Assembly: GCF_963506605.1 (NCBI RefSeq)
Contig: NC_083278.1
Span: forward strand, 120,466,001-120,529,522
Source of the DNA: Zootoca vivipara
Lineage: Eukaryota
Direction: 5' to 3'
Length of the DNA stretch: 63,522 nucleotides
A program made the translations under genes and the position numbers. Below, piece after piece: positions 46,375 through 58,022 of the stretch. A model generated the notes under the pieces. It saw only the letters and a list, made by a program, of their open reading frames with translations, was not told the origin of the DNA and did not search any database. Position 1 is the stretch's first letter. Every line of letters starts with the position of its first letter.

Positions 46375-49300
46375 TGAGGGAGCAGAAGGAAGAGGCAGGG
46401 GAGAAGGAGGGGAGGAAGAGAAGGGCATAGGCAGGAGGCACTCACCGCCATGAGGAAGCCCATCCGGCCAGAGGCTCCCCCTCCACTCAGCACAATGAGC
46501 GTGTTGTCTGGTTCCTGAGGAAAGAAGGAAGAGACAAATAGGCTGGGTGTCCACCCACTCAGTTGATCCTGGCCCAGCTGCCAAGGACCCTCTACCCCCC
46601 TCCCCATAAGCAACTGAATACCTGGCCTCTACCATAGTTTTGCCCGCCATCCAGCGGAAACTGTGGTTGTAGCTGGACATGTGGGATAACAAGCCTCATA
46701 TAACCAACATGCTACTGCATGAAGGGGTTAATGCCATAGAGTAAGCTGCCCTGCCAGGTCACTTCCCTCACCTTGGGAAGAAGGTAATCAAGCATATTGT
46801 TGTATCTTAGTCTTTCCAATCTGCCGCCAATGTGAAGAAACGTCTACATTTTAGCTGTGAAGCTAAATGTGAAGAAACTACATTTAAGCTAGACTTAAGT
46901 ATGTCTTTGTAACTGAATTACCATTTTAAGCCTGCCTGAAAAAAGCTGCTGCATCTGTTACTCTACAGCAGGCATGTCCAACAGGTAGATCGTGATCTAC
47001 CGGTAGATCACTGGACATCTGCGGTAGATCACTGGTAGATCATTGGCTCCCCCCAAAGAAGCTGAACAACTGTGGCTCCCCTAAAAAAAGCTCAACATTT
47101 TACCTTCTCCCTGAAAAAACTCAACAACTTTGACCTGACCCCCCCCCAATGGGCCTGCTTCCTTCCTAAAAAAAGCTGAACAACTAACTTTGACCTGAAC
47201 CCCCAAAAAGGGGGTAGATCACTGCCAGTTTTTTTAATTCTGTGAGTAGATCATAGTCTCTTGGGAGTTGGCCACCCCTGCTCTACAGCAAATATTTTAA
47301 GGGGGAGAAAAGGGGGAAATTCCAGGAGAATCCAGTCTGCCTTAAAGCATCCTGAATTACTTAAACAAAAAGGCTAAAACTAGCCTATTTAAGCTTTATT
47401 TTTAAGCTGCAAAGGGATGCACTCTGTTGAACTCACAAACATGATGAAGGAAAGATAATATCTAATGATCATATCCTCTCCTAGCATTTCTACACATCAC
47501 AACAACAACACAACACAACACACACACACACACACACAGTGTCACCTGTCATACCTTCAGCACCTCCTGCACTTTGGCAATTATGTCCACCATGGTCTTC
47601 AGCACTGACTCGCTGTACAGCCTCTGGGGGAGACAGAAAAGGGTGTCAGTGGTGCTATTTCTCCATCGCATCTGAATCAGGAGGAGCTATGACTGTTCTT
47701 AACCTGTGCCCAGGTGCAGCAGTGGGCAGGATGGTTGCCAACAAACTGAGACAATGCTGGTAAGACAGAGACGTGTGTGTGTGTGTGTGTGTGTAGGTGG
47801 GTCTCAGGTGCAGAAGATGGGGCATGGTTCGCCAGTTCAGGGCATGGTTGTGCCTCGTCTGAAGGAGCAGGTCTGTAGTCTGGGGCTGCTCCCAGTTCCA
47901 TCTCTGTTACTGGAGGCTCACGTGACCTCTGTGGCAAGGGACACCTCATGTCAGCTTAGGATGGTGTGCTAACTACATCCTTTTCTGGACACAGATAGCT
48001 TAGCTGTCATTCGTGTGTTGGTAACTTCACAATTGGACTACTGTAATGCACCCAACATCAACATCGTTGGACTGATCATGTTGTTTGGATGCCTGATTAT
48101 ATGGTCTTCCAAAGCGAACAGGGGACAACAAAAGAGGTTAAAGGTGCCCTCAAGGCAAATCTTTAAAAATGTGAAACACTGGTCTGCAAGCGCTCCAATT
48201 GGAGAATAGCCTTTACCAAAGGCACAAACTCAGGGTGAAAAGTAGAAATGAGCCTAAGAGGAAGACACGTTTGGCAAACCCTCACCATGATCAACTCCTG
48301 CCTGGAAACCCACAGGGTCCCTTCCAACTCTGCTATTCTCTGATTCTACAGTGTTGAAGGGTCACATTCCAGATCACCCCCATCCCAGGCAAGTAGGCAG
48401 GAAGAGGCAGAGTCACCTTGTAGTTGACCAGAGCTTCGTCGTCTTCCTGGAATATTTCTGCATCACAGTCTCTGAGCAGCTGGACGATCTGCGCAGCGTC
48501 TGCCTTGTCCAGCTCCCGGGTGATGGGGTTGGACTTCTCCGTGATGGGCAAGGCAGCCTCATACCCTGCCAGCTGGGAGAAAAAGGCATGAAGGGAGGGG
48601 GCTGTGGGGGACAGACGCAAGGGGGGGCAATAAGCACTGCAGAACAGCTGTAAGGCTCTGCCCTCCAAGCTCTGCTGGAATCCACCCTGAGAGAAGCTGT
48701 GCCTGCCTAGACATTTTGGTGGGTTTTCCCTTGGCATGTGGCACATTTTTTGCTGACTTTCCCCTCGGGCTTTTGAAGACCCCACACATGTCACAGAATC
48801 TTTGCCCCACTGAACACCTGTGCACAGGGCCGCTATGGAAATCCATGACTTAAATGTATATTTTTATTTAGATGCTAACCTGCCAAAACCATGACTCACT
48901 GTGACTGACATACACAATATGATTAGACACACCAGTGTTATACGGGTGCAGCCTCAAAGGGAAATGTAATCCAGCCTCCATATATGGGGCGCCTCTTCTC
49001 AACGAGTCTCAGAAAGAGGCTTGGAAATGTATTGAGGTCCTGGATCAAACCTCCTCCCAGGATATGTTGCAGGACACAGGGGAGAATATCCCATCCTTGG
49101 AGGGCTCCTCAAGTGGCAAGGAAGAGATTCTGAAGTTGGAGGAAAAACTTTCTGACAATAAGAGCCTTGGACTCTCCTTCCTTGGAGGATTTTAAGCAGA
49201 GGCTGGGTGGCCCTCTGGCAGGGATTCATTCTCTGTCATTCCTGCATTGCAGGGGGTTGGGCTAGATGACCTTGGGGTGCCTACCAACTCTACAGTTCTC

Positions 49301-50281
49301 TGGTTCTATCATTCAGGCACCCATACCAACCAGAGAGGCCATCACTCTCCACTCTGACAGAGCAACCCACCCTCTTTCAACATCTTGGGTGAGCTCCCGT
49401 TGCTTGGTCCCAGCTCCTGCCAACCTAGCAGTTCGAAAGCACATCAAAATGCAAGTAGATAAATAGGAACCGCTACAGCGGGAAGGTAAACGGCGTTTCC
49501 ATGTGCTGCTCTGGATTGCCAGAAGCGGCTTTGTCATGCTGGCCACATGACCTGGAAGCTATATGCCGGCTCCCTCGGCCAATAATGCGAGATGAGCGCG
49601 CAACCCCAGAGTCGGTCACGACTGGACCTAATGGTCAGGGGTCCCTTTACCTTTACCTTTAACCCTGCGGGGACTTGGGTTGCCTTCTCTTCCGCAGCCC
49701 TGGGCCCTGTGGCAACAGGAGGTCCTGCTGTGAAATCGCAGATGGGCAGAGAGGGCGGTGGTGCCCCTCAAGTCCTGCTTGTGGGCTTCTTCCCAGGGGG
49801 CGTCTGCCTGGCCACCGTGAGAACAGGAAGCTGGACTAGATAGGGATCCTTGGCCTGATCCTGCAGCCAGGCTCTTCTCATGTACTTATAGGGCCTTCTG
49901 CATGCAGGGCAAGTGCTCATTGACAGAGCTGTGCATGGACCCTTCTTCTAGGGGCAAGCGCTGGGCGCATCCCCCTCTTCTACTTATCTGGTGGTGCCAC
50001 TCGGACAAAGGAAGCTTCCTTCTGAAGAAATGCAGGCACCCATCCCCCACACACCCCTCAGAAGCAGGGCTTCCTTTCACCAAGCCCTGCTGCTGCTGCT
50101 GCTGCTGGGGGGGGGTCTCCATTCTGCCAGACTACTTGCCCCCCCCCTGCTTTTGGGGGCAGGTCCACCTGTCGCAGGGAAGTGCTGGCCCTTCTCTCCC
50201 AGTTCCTGCTCCCGTCCTTACCTCCCACTTGCCCTGGTCTGGCGTGTCGATGACATGAGGGTATTTCTTGGTGCCCCGCAT
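36325..50281 (-). CDS. GCKR: Glucokinase regulatory protein, 19 exons, 624 aa, intact
   Basis: Exons 50222-50281, 48417-48572, 47555-47623, 46446-46514, 46033-46106, 45090-45156, 44688-44741, 43194-43288, 42329-42434, 41506-41624, 41257-41355, 41027-41124, 40699-40775, 40244-40340, 38472-38569, 38160-38243, 37863-38012, 37191-37325, 36325-36492 (1875 nt, in phase). Motifs: PITEKSNP, GGGASGR, PEGLTGSSRMKGGSATK, ELSTKWILNTVSTGAHVLKGK. Candidate poly(A) signal (TTTATT on +) at 35464-35469. Confidence 0.97.
44237..44483 (-). mobile_element. tRNA-derived CORE-type SINE (Squam3-like)
   Basis: Reverse complement: GCCAGTGTGGTGTAGTGGTTAAGAGCG...GGGTTCG...GGGTGACCTTGGGCTAGTCAC...(CTT)n tail. Confidence 0.75.
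46969..47280. mobile_element. hAT MITE
   Basis: CAGGCATGTCCAAC...GTTGGCCACCCCTG with TSD CTCTACAG and internal GTAGATC repeats. Confidence 0.85.
49387..49661 (+). mobile_element. Sauria SINE (5'-truncated)
   Basis: CCAACCTAGCAGTTCGAAAGCAC core, BovB-like GAGTCGGTCACGACT tail and (ACCTTT)n end. Confidence 0.85.
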
Positions 50282-51646
50282 GGTTCAAGGCCAAGAACAG
50301 GCTCAGAGCTCTGGATGCTGCTTTTGCCGGCCTTATCAGGCCTCTGCTGTAATGATTAATCCAGGCAGTTAAATTTCAAGCTGCTCATTGCTCTATGTCC
50401 AGAGCAGACAGATTCCCCGCTTATGGGGGGCGGGGGGGGGGGGGCGGGGAGGCAGTGCTGCCCCCTCTATCTCCTGGAGGGCACAGTCAGGTGATTGCAT
50501 CACTTCTGGCTCACCGGAAGGAGGAAACAGGCCCCTGGTTGATAGCTGCATGGCAAGCAAGGCCAGAGAGGCTGGGTTGGAAAGGCACCAAGAGAGAAGA
50601 GGGAGGGAGATGTACTGGACAGAGTGTCGGAGGAGCACCTGGGAGAGCAAGGTTCGAATCCCCACTCAGCCATGATGCTTCCCGGTCACTGCCTCTCAGC
50701 CTAACCTACCTCACAGGGTTGTTGTGGGGTTTAAATGAGGAAAACTATCTGTGCCACCTTGAGCTCCCTGGAGAAAAAGATACAATGGGATAGAAAGGCA
50801 ATGAAATGACTAAGAATGTCAGGGCTCTCCCATAGCCCCACAAGGGTCTCAGGCCCAGGTGGAAGACTTTGTCTCGCTCTAGCAGGTGTGGAGCTGAGGC
50901 CAAGAGGCAATGGTTGGAAAGGCACTGAGGGCAGCAGCTGGCAAACTCAGGAGGAAGATTAAACCAGACTGGATCTTTGGGCTTTGCAGTTCAGAGCTCT
51001 GGGGTGGCTCAAACCTAAATCCCAGTCTCTCCCACTGGCATTTGCCCTGGAGCCCAGGACACAGAGCCCAGGAGCCTCACCAGGCGAGGGTCAAAGGGTC
51101 CTTGTCACGTGATGGCTTAATGAACCCTCCTTTCCTAGCCTGTGCCAGACTCCAGGACAAAGGCTCGTCTGTCCTGTGAGCAGCAGCAGGGAAATTGTCT
51201 GGCTCTTCCCCGAGCACTGGCGGAGGAAGGGGGGTGCGGTGGGTGCGGTCTGCCCCAGGTCATCGCTGCCCTGCCCCCGCGGACAGCTAGCCCCGCCTCC
51301 AGGTGCACAGCATGTGTGCTGCTCTGGGTGCCGGGACAGCTAGCTCCGCCTCTGTCCCACCACGAAGTCTGTGTGCTCTTTCCTCCATTTGGTCCTTGAA
51401 ATCTGGGTGATCATCTTCAGCATGGTTGGGCACTCTGGATCAGGTCCCGGGCTCGTGTGGTAGCCAGGGGGGGTGACGACCCCCCAACCGAGCCACTGGG
51501 CTCCCCGAGCTTCCCCACCTCTCGTGGGGCGGCGGCGAAATCCGCCGCACAGGGCTGCTCAAAGGGCGTGGACACACTGGCCGCTCTGCGGGAGCGTGCC
51601 GGTCACTATCTTTGCCTTGCCAGAAGTCAGGAGCGCTTCCGAAGCT

Positions 51647-51809
51647 GGGTTAGGGTTAGGGTTAGTACAGCGTTAGGGTTAGGGTTGGGGTTAGGGCAGC
51701 GTTAGAGTTAGGGTTTAGGTTTAGGGTTTGGGGCTTAGGGTTACAGTTAGGGTTAGGGGTTAGGGTTAGGGTTGATGCGTTAGGGTTAGGGGTTAGGGTT
51801 AGGGTTAGG
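51647..51809 (+). repeat. Internal degenerate telomeric (TTAGGG)n array
   Basis: About 160 bp of TTAGGG with variant units, G-strand on +, same polarity as the terminal array. Confidence 0.95.
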
Positions 51810-53441
51810 ACAAAATAAAAAAATTCCTACAGTAGCACCTTAAAGACCAACTAAGTTTTTATTTTGGTATGAGCTTTTGTGTGCATGCACACTTCATCAG
51901 ATACACTGAAACAGAAGTCACCAGACCCTTATGTATATTCGGAGGGTGGGGGTGGGGGTGATGGGAATGGGTGATGGGCTGATAGGAGTGATAAACCTGT
52001 TGATGACTGTTAACGACTGTTAATGACTGCAATTGGTTTTGCGGGGCAAAAAGCAAGGGCTGAGGTGCTAAGGAAAGCTTGATCATGTATAATGAGATAA
52101 GAATCCTATGTCTCTGTTCATTCCAAGTGGCTCCATGGTTTTAAGCTTGGTAATGAGTTGCAATTCAGCAACTTCTCTTTCCAGTCTGTTTCTGAAATGT
52201 TTCTGTAATAAAACAGCTGCTTTGAGATCTTGTATAGAATGTCCTGGGAGATTGAAGTGTTCTCCTACTGGTTTCTCTGTCTTGTGATTCCTGATATCAG
52301 ATTTATGTCTATTTATCCTTTGGCGTAGGGTTTGGCCTGTTTGTCCAATATAGAGAGCTGAAGGGCACTGTTGGCATTTGATGGCATACACAATGTTAGA
52401 AGATGAGCAATTAAATAGTCCTGAGATGGTATGTTGGATGTTGTTGGGGCCAGTAATGGTGTTGTCCGGGTGTATGTGGCAGCAAAGTTGGCATCTGGGT
52501 TTATTGCAGGCTCTGTTACCAGTGTCCATGTTAAGTCTGGTGGTTGTATTATTGTGGGTGAGGAGTTATTTAAGATTGGGTGGCTGTCTGTAGGCAATGA
52601 AAGGTCTTCCTCCCAGAGCTTGATAAGGAGAGCTGTCATTGTCCAGGAGAGGTTGTAGATCTCTGATGATGTGTTGTACTGTTTTAACTTGGGAACTGTA
52701 TGTGATAACTAGTGGTGTTCTGTTATTTTCTTTTTTGGGTCTGTCTTGCAGCAGGTTCTCTCTAGGTATCAGTCTGGCTCTGTTGATCTGTTGTTTAACT
52801 TCATCAGGAGGATATTTTAGTTCTAAAAAGGTTTGCTGTAGATCTCTTAGGTGAGATTCTCTGTGGAGCTGTCATCATCATGAACAAAACTGATTACACC
52901 CAGGAGGCTCACAGACAACTTTCCAATACCGCCTTTTACATGAAATTGGACTCAGACCCAACACAAGCATACATAAAAGAACTGAACAAGATTGTCAAGG
53001 AGCTACTCCCACACATCCAGGAACAGATTCTCACAAACACACCAGCGGAACCTCGACCAGGAACTTTCTATCTTCTACCTAAAATACACAAACCAGGAAA
53101 TCCAGGACGCCCCATCATCTCAGGTATTGGCACCATTACAGTGGGTGTTTCCGGCTATATGGACTCTGTTCTGAAACCATATGCTATCAGTGCTCCCAGC
53201 TACGTACGTGACACCACAGATTTTCTGAGGAAAATACAATCTTTGAACAATCTTCCTAACAATACTATATAGTACTAGCCACTATGGATGTGGAATCTCT
53301 GTATACCAACACCCCACACAATGATGGTTTACAAGCCATAAGGAACACCATTTCAGATAAAACCACAGCGGACTTTGCTACCAAACTCTGCCACTTTGTC
53401 CTTACCCACAAACACTTCAAATTTGGTGATGACCTGTTCCT
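51810..53441 (-). mobile_element. Penelope-like element (GIY-YIG type), 5'-inverted and internally deleted, disrupted
   Basis: Minus strand 52083-52862 encodes the RT thumb/linker and GIY-YIG nuclease (NIVYAIKC...LYIGQTGQTLRQRINRH), followed by the 3' tail 51810-52082. Plus strand ~52863-53441 encodes the RT N-terminal part (LPKIHKPGNPGRPIISG, DVESLYTN) with a frameshift near 53270. Confidence 0.92.
51867..51904 (-). ncRNA. Hammerhead motif with core mutation GAAA->AAAA (probably inactive)
   Basis: Reverse complement reads GTATCTGATGAAGTGTGCATGCACAC-AAAA-GCTCATAC. Confidence 0.65.
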
Positions 53442-53705
53442 AGGCAGAGGCCCTAGTCCAAAAGTGGGGGGGCACTTTTTACTATGCTGGCCATGTTCCA
53501 TGTTGGCCCCCCAAAAGAGGACATATCTGGGATTTCCCCAGACTTATGGCAACCCTACCATACTTTATTAGTTGTTGCAGTTCGTAGCATGACAGTTAAA
53601 AATTCTCACTTGCATTTTCCATTCAGTCCAGCATAAGGGAGCAGTAATTTAGAAATTTGGAAATCCCTCCAGTAGCACCTTAGAGACCAACTAAGTTTGT
53701 CATAG

Positions 53706-53743
53706 GTATGAGCTTTCGTGTGCATGCACACTTCTTCAGATAC
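53706..53743 (-). ncRNA. Minimal hammerhead ribozyme motif
   Basis: Reverse complement reads GTAT-CTGAAGA-AGTGTGCATGCACAC-GAAA-GCTC-ATAC. Confidence 0.75.
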
Positions 53744-54481
53744 ACTGAAACAGATGTCACCAGACCCTTATGTATAATCAGAGGGTGGGGGGGTGATAGG
53801 AGTGATAAACCTGTTGATGACTGTTAACGACTGTTAATGACTGCAATTGGTCTTGCAGGAAAAAGCAAGGACTGAGGTGCTAAAGAAAGCTTGATCATAT
53901 ATAAGGAGATAAGAATCCTATGTGTCTGTTCATACCAGGTCTCTCCATGGTTTTAAGCTTGGTAATGAGTTGCAATTCAGCAACTTCTCTTTTCAGTCTG
54001 TTTCTGAAAATTTTCTGTAATAAAACAGCTACTTTGAGATGTTGGACAAACAGGCCAAACCCTACGCCAAAGGATAAATGGACATAAATCTGATATCAGG
54101 AATCACAAGACAGAGGAACCAGTAGGAGAACACTTCAATCTCCCAGGACATTCTATACAAGATCTCAAAGCAGCTGTTTTATTACAGAAAAATTTCAGAA
54201 ACAGACTGGAAAGAGATGTTGCTGAATTGCAACTCATTACCAAGCTTAAAACCATGGAGCCACCTGGAATGAACAGAGACATAGGATTCTTATCTCATTT
54301 TACATGATCAAGCTTTCTTTAGCACCTCAGTCCTTGCTTTTTCCTGCAAGACCAATTGCAGTCATTAACAGTCGTTAACAGTCATCAACAGGTTTACCAC
54401 TCCTATCAGCCCATCACCCATTCCCATCAACCCCCCCCCACACCCTCTGACTATACATATTCTGGTGACTTCTGTTTCAGT

Positions 54482-54519
54482 GTATCTGATGAAGTGTGCA
54501 TGCACACGAAAGCTCATAC
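54482..54519 (+). ncRNA. Minimal type I hammerhead ribozyme motif in a Penelope-like tail
   Basis: GTAT-CTGATGA-A-GTGTGCATGCACAC-GAAA-GC-TC-ATAC: core boxes, stem I GTAT/ATAC, palindromic stem II and vestigial stem III. Confidence 0.8.
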
Positions 54520-55957
54520 CAAAATATAAACTTAGTTGGTCTTTAAGGTGCTACTAAAGGAATTTTTTTTATTTTGCTTCGACTCAGACCAACACGGCTA
54601 CCTACCTGTAACCCGGTCTCTAAGGTGCTACTGGAAGGAATTTTTTAAATGAACTTTTACCTCAGCACTCAGCATTCAATGGTCACTAAGTCTGCTCACT
54701 GCTCATTTGGCTGTTCTTCCCTGCCCTTATGATTTATTTTCCTGGTGTTTCTGTTTTGTTTTAAGTTCTGCAAACTTAAACCTGATAAGTCCTTTTTGTG
54801 TGTGGATTGTATAAATCCACTCTATTGTATAAATAAGGACTGGAACTCACAACTCACTGCTGCACTTTGAAAATGCAGGGAATGGAGGCAGTAGACAGAA
54901 GGAGGGAGGAATTCAGCAGAGCTGGTGCCAGAGCAGAGCAAGTAGAAGGACCGGCTATAGCAGGCATGTCGATTGATCGGTTAATCATGGGATGGATGTT
55001 TGTCAATCGCACTATGGCTCATAGGAATTGAAAGAGTCAAAGAGACGACCCGTTGCCTCCACTCGCTGCCCTCTCCCTTGTCTGCTGGGCAGGGCACCCT
55101 CAGCGGCACGCCCCCCCCCCCCCTCAGGCAGCACGACCAGTCGAGGCTCCGCTTAGCCGGGCTTGCTCCTCGCCACCCTTCTCCCCTCCCCTGCTCCTTC
55201 CATGCCCTGCCAGCTGGCCGGTCCCAGAAAGGTGCAAAGCACGTGACTCCACCCCTGCAAGCCCCAGCCCCGCAACAGGGAGGCGGGGGAAGGAGCAATG
55301 ACAAGGCACGTGGGCTCCACATGAGCAGTAGCGCTGCGGAGGGAGCTGTGAGAAGGCAGCGCGTGGAGAGAGATGGTGAGTGACACCCCTCCCCCTCCCC
55401 CCTCCCCCCTCCCCCCTCCCCCCTCTCGCCCTTCTGCTCCTAGTTCTGTGTGGACGCTGAACTTTCCCCACTTTTACAGCTCCAGTCTAGCTGCGTTTAC
55501 TAAGCCATCGCCGCCCCCCATGTCCCCATGGAACTCATTGTCTGGTAAAGGGAGAAATTGGGCCTGGGGGGGCATGTTGGCTTCCCGTGTGCACCAAGGG
55601 CCCTGGGAGGGGGTTGGTGGGGGGGGTTGTGAGAAGCCCCGGCAGGAGAGAAGCTGCCAACCTGTGTCAGGACAGCCTGTCTTGGTATAAGGCAGCTTCC
55701 CAACCCCAGGAAATTAAGGGGGCTCATCTTCCTGGGGTGGGAAGCAAAATGGTGTTTTGCAGGGCTGGACATGGTCCTCCGCTAAGGCCTTGGGGAAGCC
55801 AAATATAAGCTCAGCCAAACAGAATATGTTTAAGTTGAAGAATGACAATGGAAGAGTGTGGTAGATCACTGCCAGTTTTTGATACTGGGTCACAGCCTAC
55901 TTGAAGTTGGGCATACCTGTTCTATAATCAACTGGTATACTCTTTTAGCCCCACAGC

Positions 55958-56005
<48 letters not shown>

Positions 56006-56854
56006 TGTAATTGTAATTGTAATTGTAATTTATTATTTATACCCCACCCATCTGGCTGGGTTTCCCCAGCCAGTCTGGGCGGCTTCCAACCGAATATTAA
56101 AAACAGTTTAATTGGCTGAATAACAGAAACTGAAGTAAGGAATTGCTTTGCTAGTTCACAGCTAAAGGTAAAATAAGGGGGAAATAATTCTAAAACTTGG
56201 AGAGGAAGATATTTATATTTAATAAATTTATTTAATACATAGGCTATTTGCAAATTGTTTGTACTCTGAGTATGTAAAGGATTTATTTGATGGCTGAAAA
56301 TGGTACCAAAAATGTACTTCTGAGGGTTGTGTGGTAGATATTTCACACGGTAAACAGAAGCGTTGGACTTTGCTTACTGTGAAAGATGTTTAATATGATT
56401 TAATCTTACAAAAAAAATTATGCACATCATGTACCACTCAAGTTTAAATGATATTACAAAATGCTGATTTAAATTTTTAGCATTTGGTTAGCTGGCCTAA
56501 AAAGTATGTTTTAATGCAGAATTTCTGAAGACAAACTAGGAAACAATGCTCCCCAAGTGAAGGAAGAAAGGAAGGAAAAGAAAAAACAAAAACAAACCCC
56601 CAAAAAACGATCTCTTACTAGTTGCAATTGAAAAAATAAAACTGCTTCTGAGAGCATACAATTTTTGGAAAGAGGATTTCAAGAAATCTGCAGAGAATAA
56701 ATCATAAATATCCTTGCCTTTCCCTGTCCTCTATTGCCCCTCTTTTACTCAAGTACTGTCTGAAGCAAAGATGGGGAACCTGTGGGCCTCCTGATGTTGC
56801 TGGAATACAGCTCCCATCTTCCTTGATCACACTGGCAATGCTAGCTGGGACTGA

Positions 56855-57150
56855 TAGAATCCTAGAATCATAGAGTTGGAAGAGACCACAAGGGCCATCC
56901 AGTCCAACCCCCTGCCAAGCAGGAAACACCATCAAAGCATTCTTGACATATGCCTGTCAAGCCTCTGCTTAAAGACATCCAAAGAAGGAGACTCCACCAC
57001 ACTTCTTGGCAGCAAATTCCCCTGTCGAACAGCTCTTACTGTCAGGAAGTTCTTCCTAATGTTTAGGTGGAATCTTCTTTCTTGTAGTTTGAATCCATTG
57101 CTCCGTGTCCGCTTCTCTGGAGCAGCAGAAAACAATTTTTCTCCCTCCTC
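56855..57150 (-). mobile_element. CR1 LINE 3' end
   Basis: RTRSNGFKLQERRFHLNIRKNFLTVRAV peptide with a TTCTATGATTCTA-type tail. Confidence 0.85.
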
Positions 57151-57294
57151 TATATTACATCATTTTATGCACTGGATGATAGTTAGAGTCCAAAAACACG
57201 TGGAGGACCACAGGTTCCCCCAGGCCATGCCTATAGTTAGATTGTAAACTGCTTGGGGTACAGTTAAATATTTTCCTTTCCTCACTTTGAGAAG

Positions 57295-57678
57295 CTATAT
57301 TGCCACAAAACGGTCATACGCCATCATTGCTAGCAAAAGGCCCTCGGCCACTGCTAAAAACAGAGCAATGCTCATTTGTGCAAAGCATCTTCCCTTGGGG
57401 ATTGTGGGCCTGTCTGTGAAGCAGTGGGCCAGCATCTGTGGGACGGAGGTGGTGACATAGCAGACATCAATGAGGGAGAGGTTGCTGAGGAAGAAATACA
57501 TGGCTGTGTGGAGGTGCGAATCCATCACAATGAGCACCACAATAAGTCCATTTCCAGCTACAGCAACCAGGTACATCAGCAAGAAGAGAATAAACAAAAC
57601 AGCACGCACTTTGGGGTTTCTGGAGAGGCCTATTAGAACGAACTCAGTCACTGCAGTTGTGTTGCCCCATTCTTCCAT
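57295..57678 (-). pseudogene. 3'-truncated olfactory receptor gene (N-terminus to TM3 only)
   Basis: MEEWGNTTAVTEFVLIGLS...GN...LHTAMYFFLSNLS...PQML...MAYDRFVAI, then TAG where CxPLxY is expected. No downstream OR similarity seen. Confidence 0.9.
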
Positions 57679-57799
57679 GCTACCTATAAAAAGTGATATC
57701 AAATATCATTGGACCTCATGTAGGACATTCCAGCCCTCAGTCTTATTTCCTCAGTCTGTTGTGAAATGTTATAAATGGAAAACAAATTAAAAGTTAATG

Positions 57800-58022
57800 G
57801 TTACAGGTAGGTAGCCGTGTTGGTCTGGATCGAAGTAAAATAAAAAAAATTCCTTCAGTAGCACCTTAAAGACCAACTAAGTTTTTATTTTGGTATGAGC
57901 TTTCGTGTGCATGCACACTTCTTCAGATACCAATCTGAAGAAGTGTGCATGCACACGAAAGCTCATACCAAAATAAAAACTTAGTTGGTCTTTAAGGTGC
58001 TACTGAAGGAATTTTTTTTATT
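57800..58022. mobile_element. Penelope-tail fold-back mini-element with two opposed hammerhead motifs
   Basis: 90-nt arms 57839-57928 and 57933-58022 form an inverted repeat with a 4-nt loop. Flanked by direct repeat ATTAAAAGTTAATG (57786-57799 and 58020-58033). Confidence 0.88.

Larger units (their letters stand above)
53660..54650. mobile_element. Second Penelope-like fragment arranged as a long inverted repeat
   Basis: Minus-strand tail at ~53660-54040 is joined to a plus-strand GIY-YIG C-terminus and tail at ~54041-54611. Both arms are close to 51810-52350. Confidence 0.9.

Noticed and set aside
51647-51809. Telomere-telomere fusion site
   Set aside because: No head-to-head CCCTAA array follows; the polarity matches the terminal array.
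51810-58022. CRISPR-like or viral repeat array suggested by the recurring palindromic 38-mer
   Set aside because: The copies are irregularly spaced, on both strands, and embedded in Penelope tails; they are hammerhead motifs.
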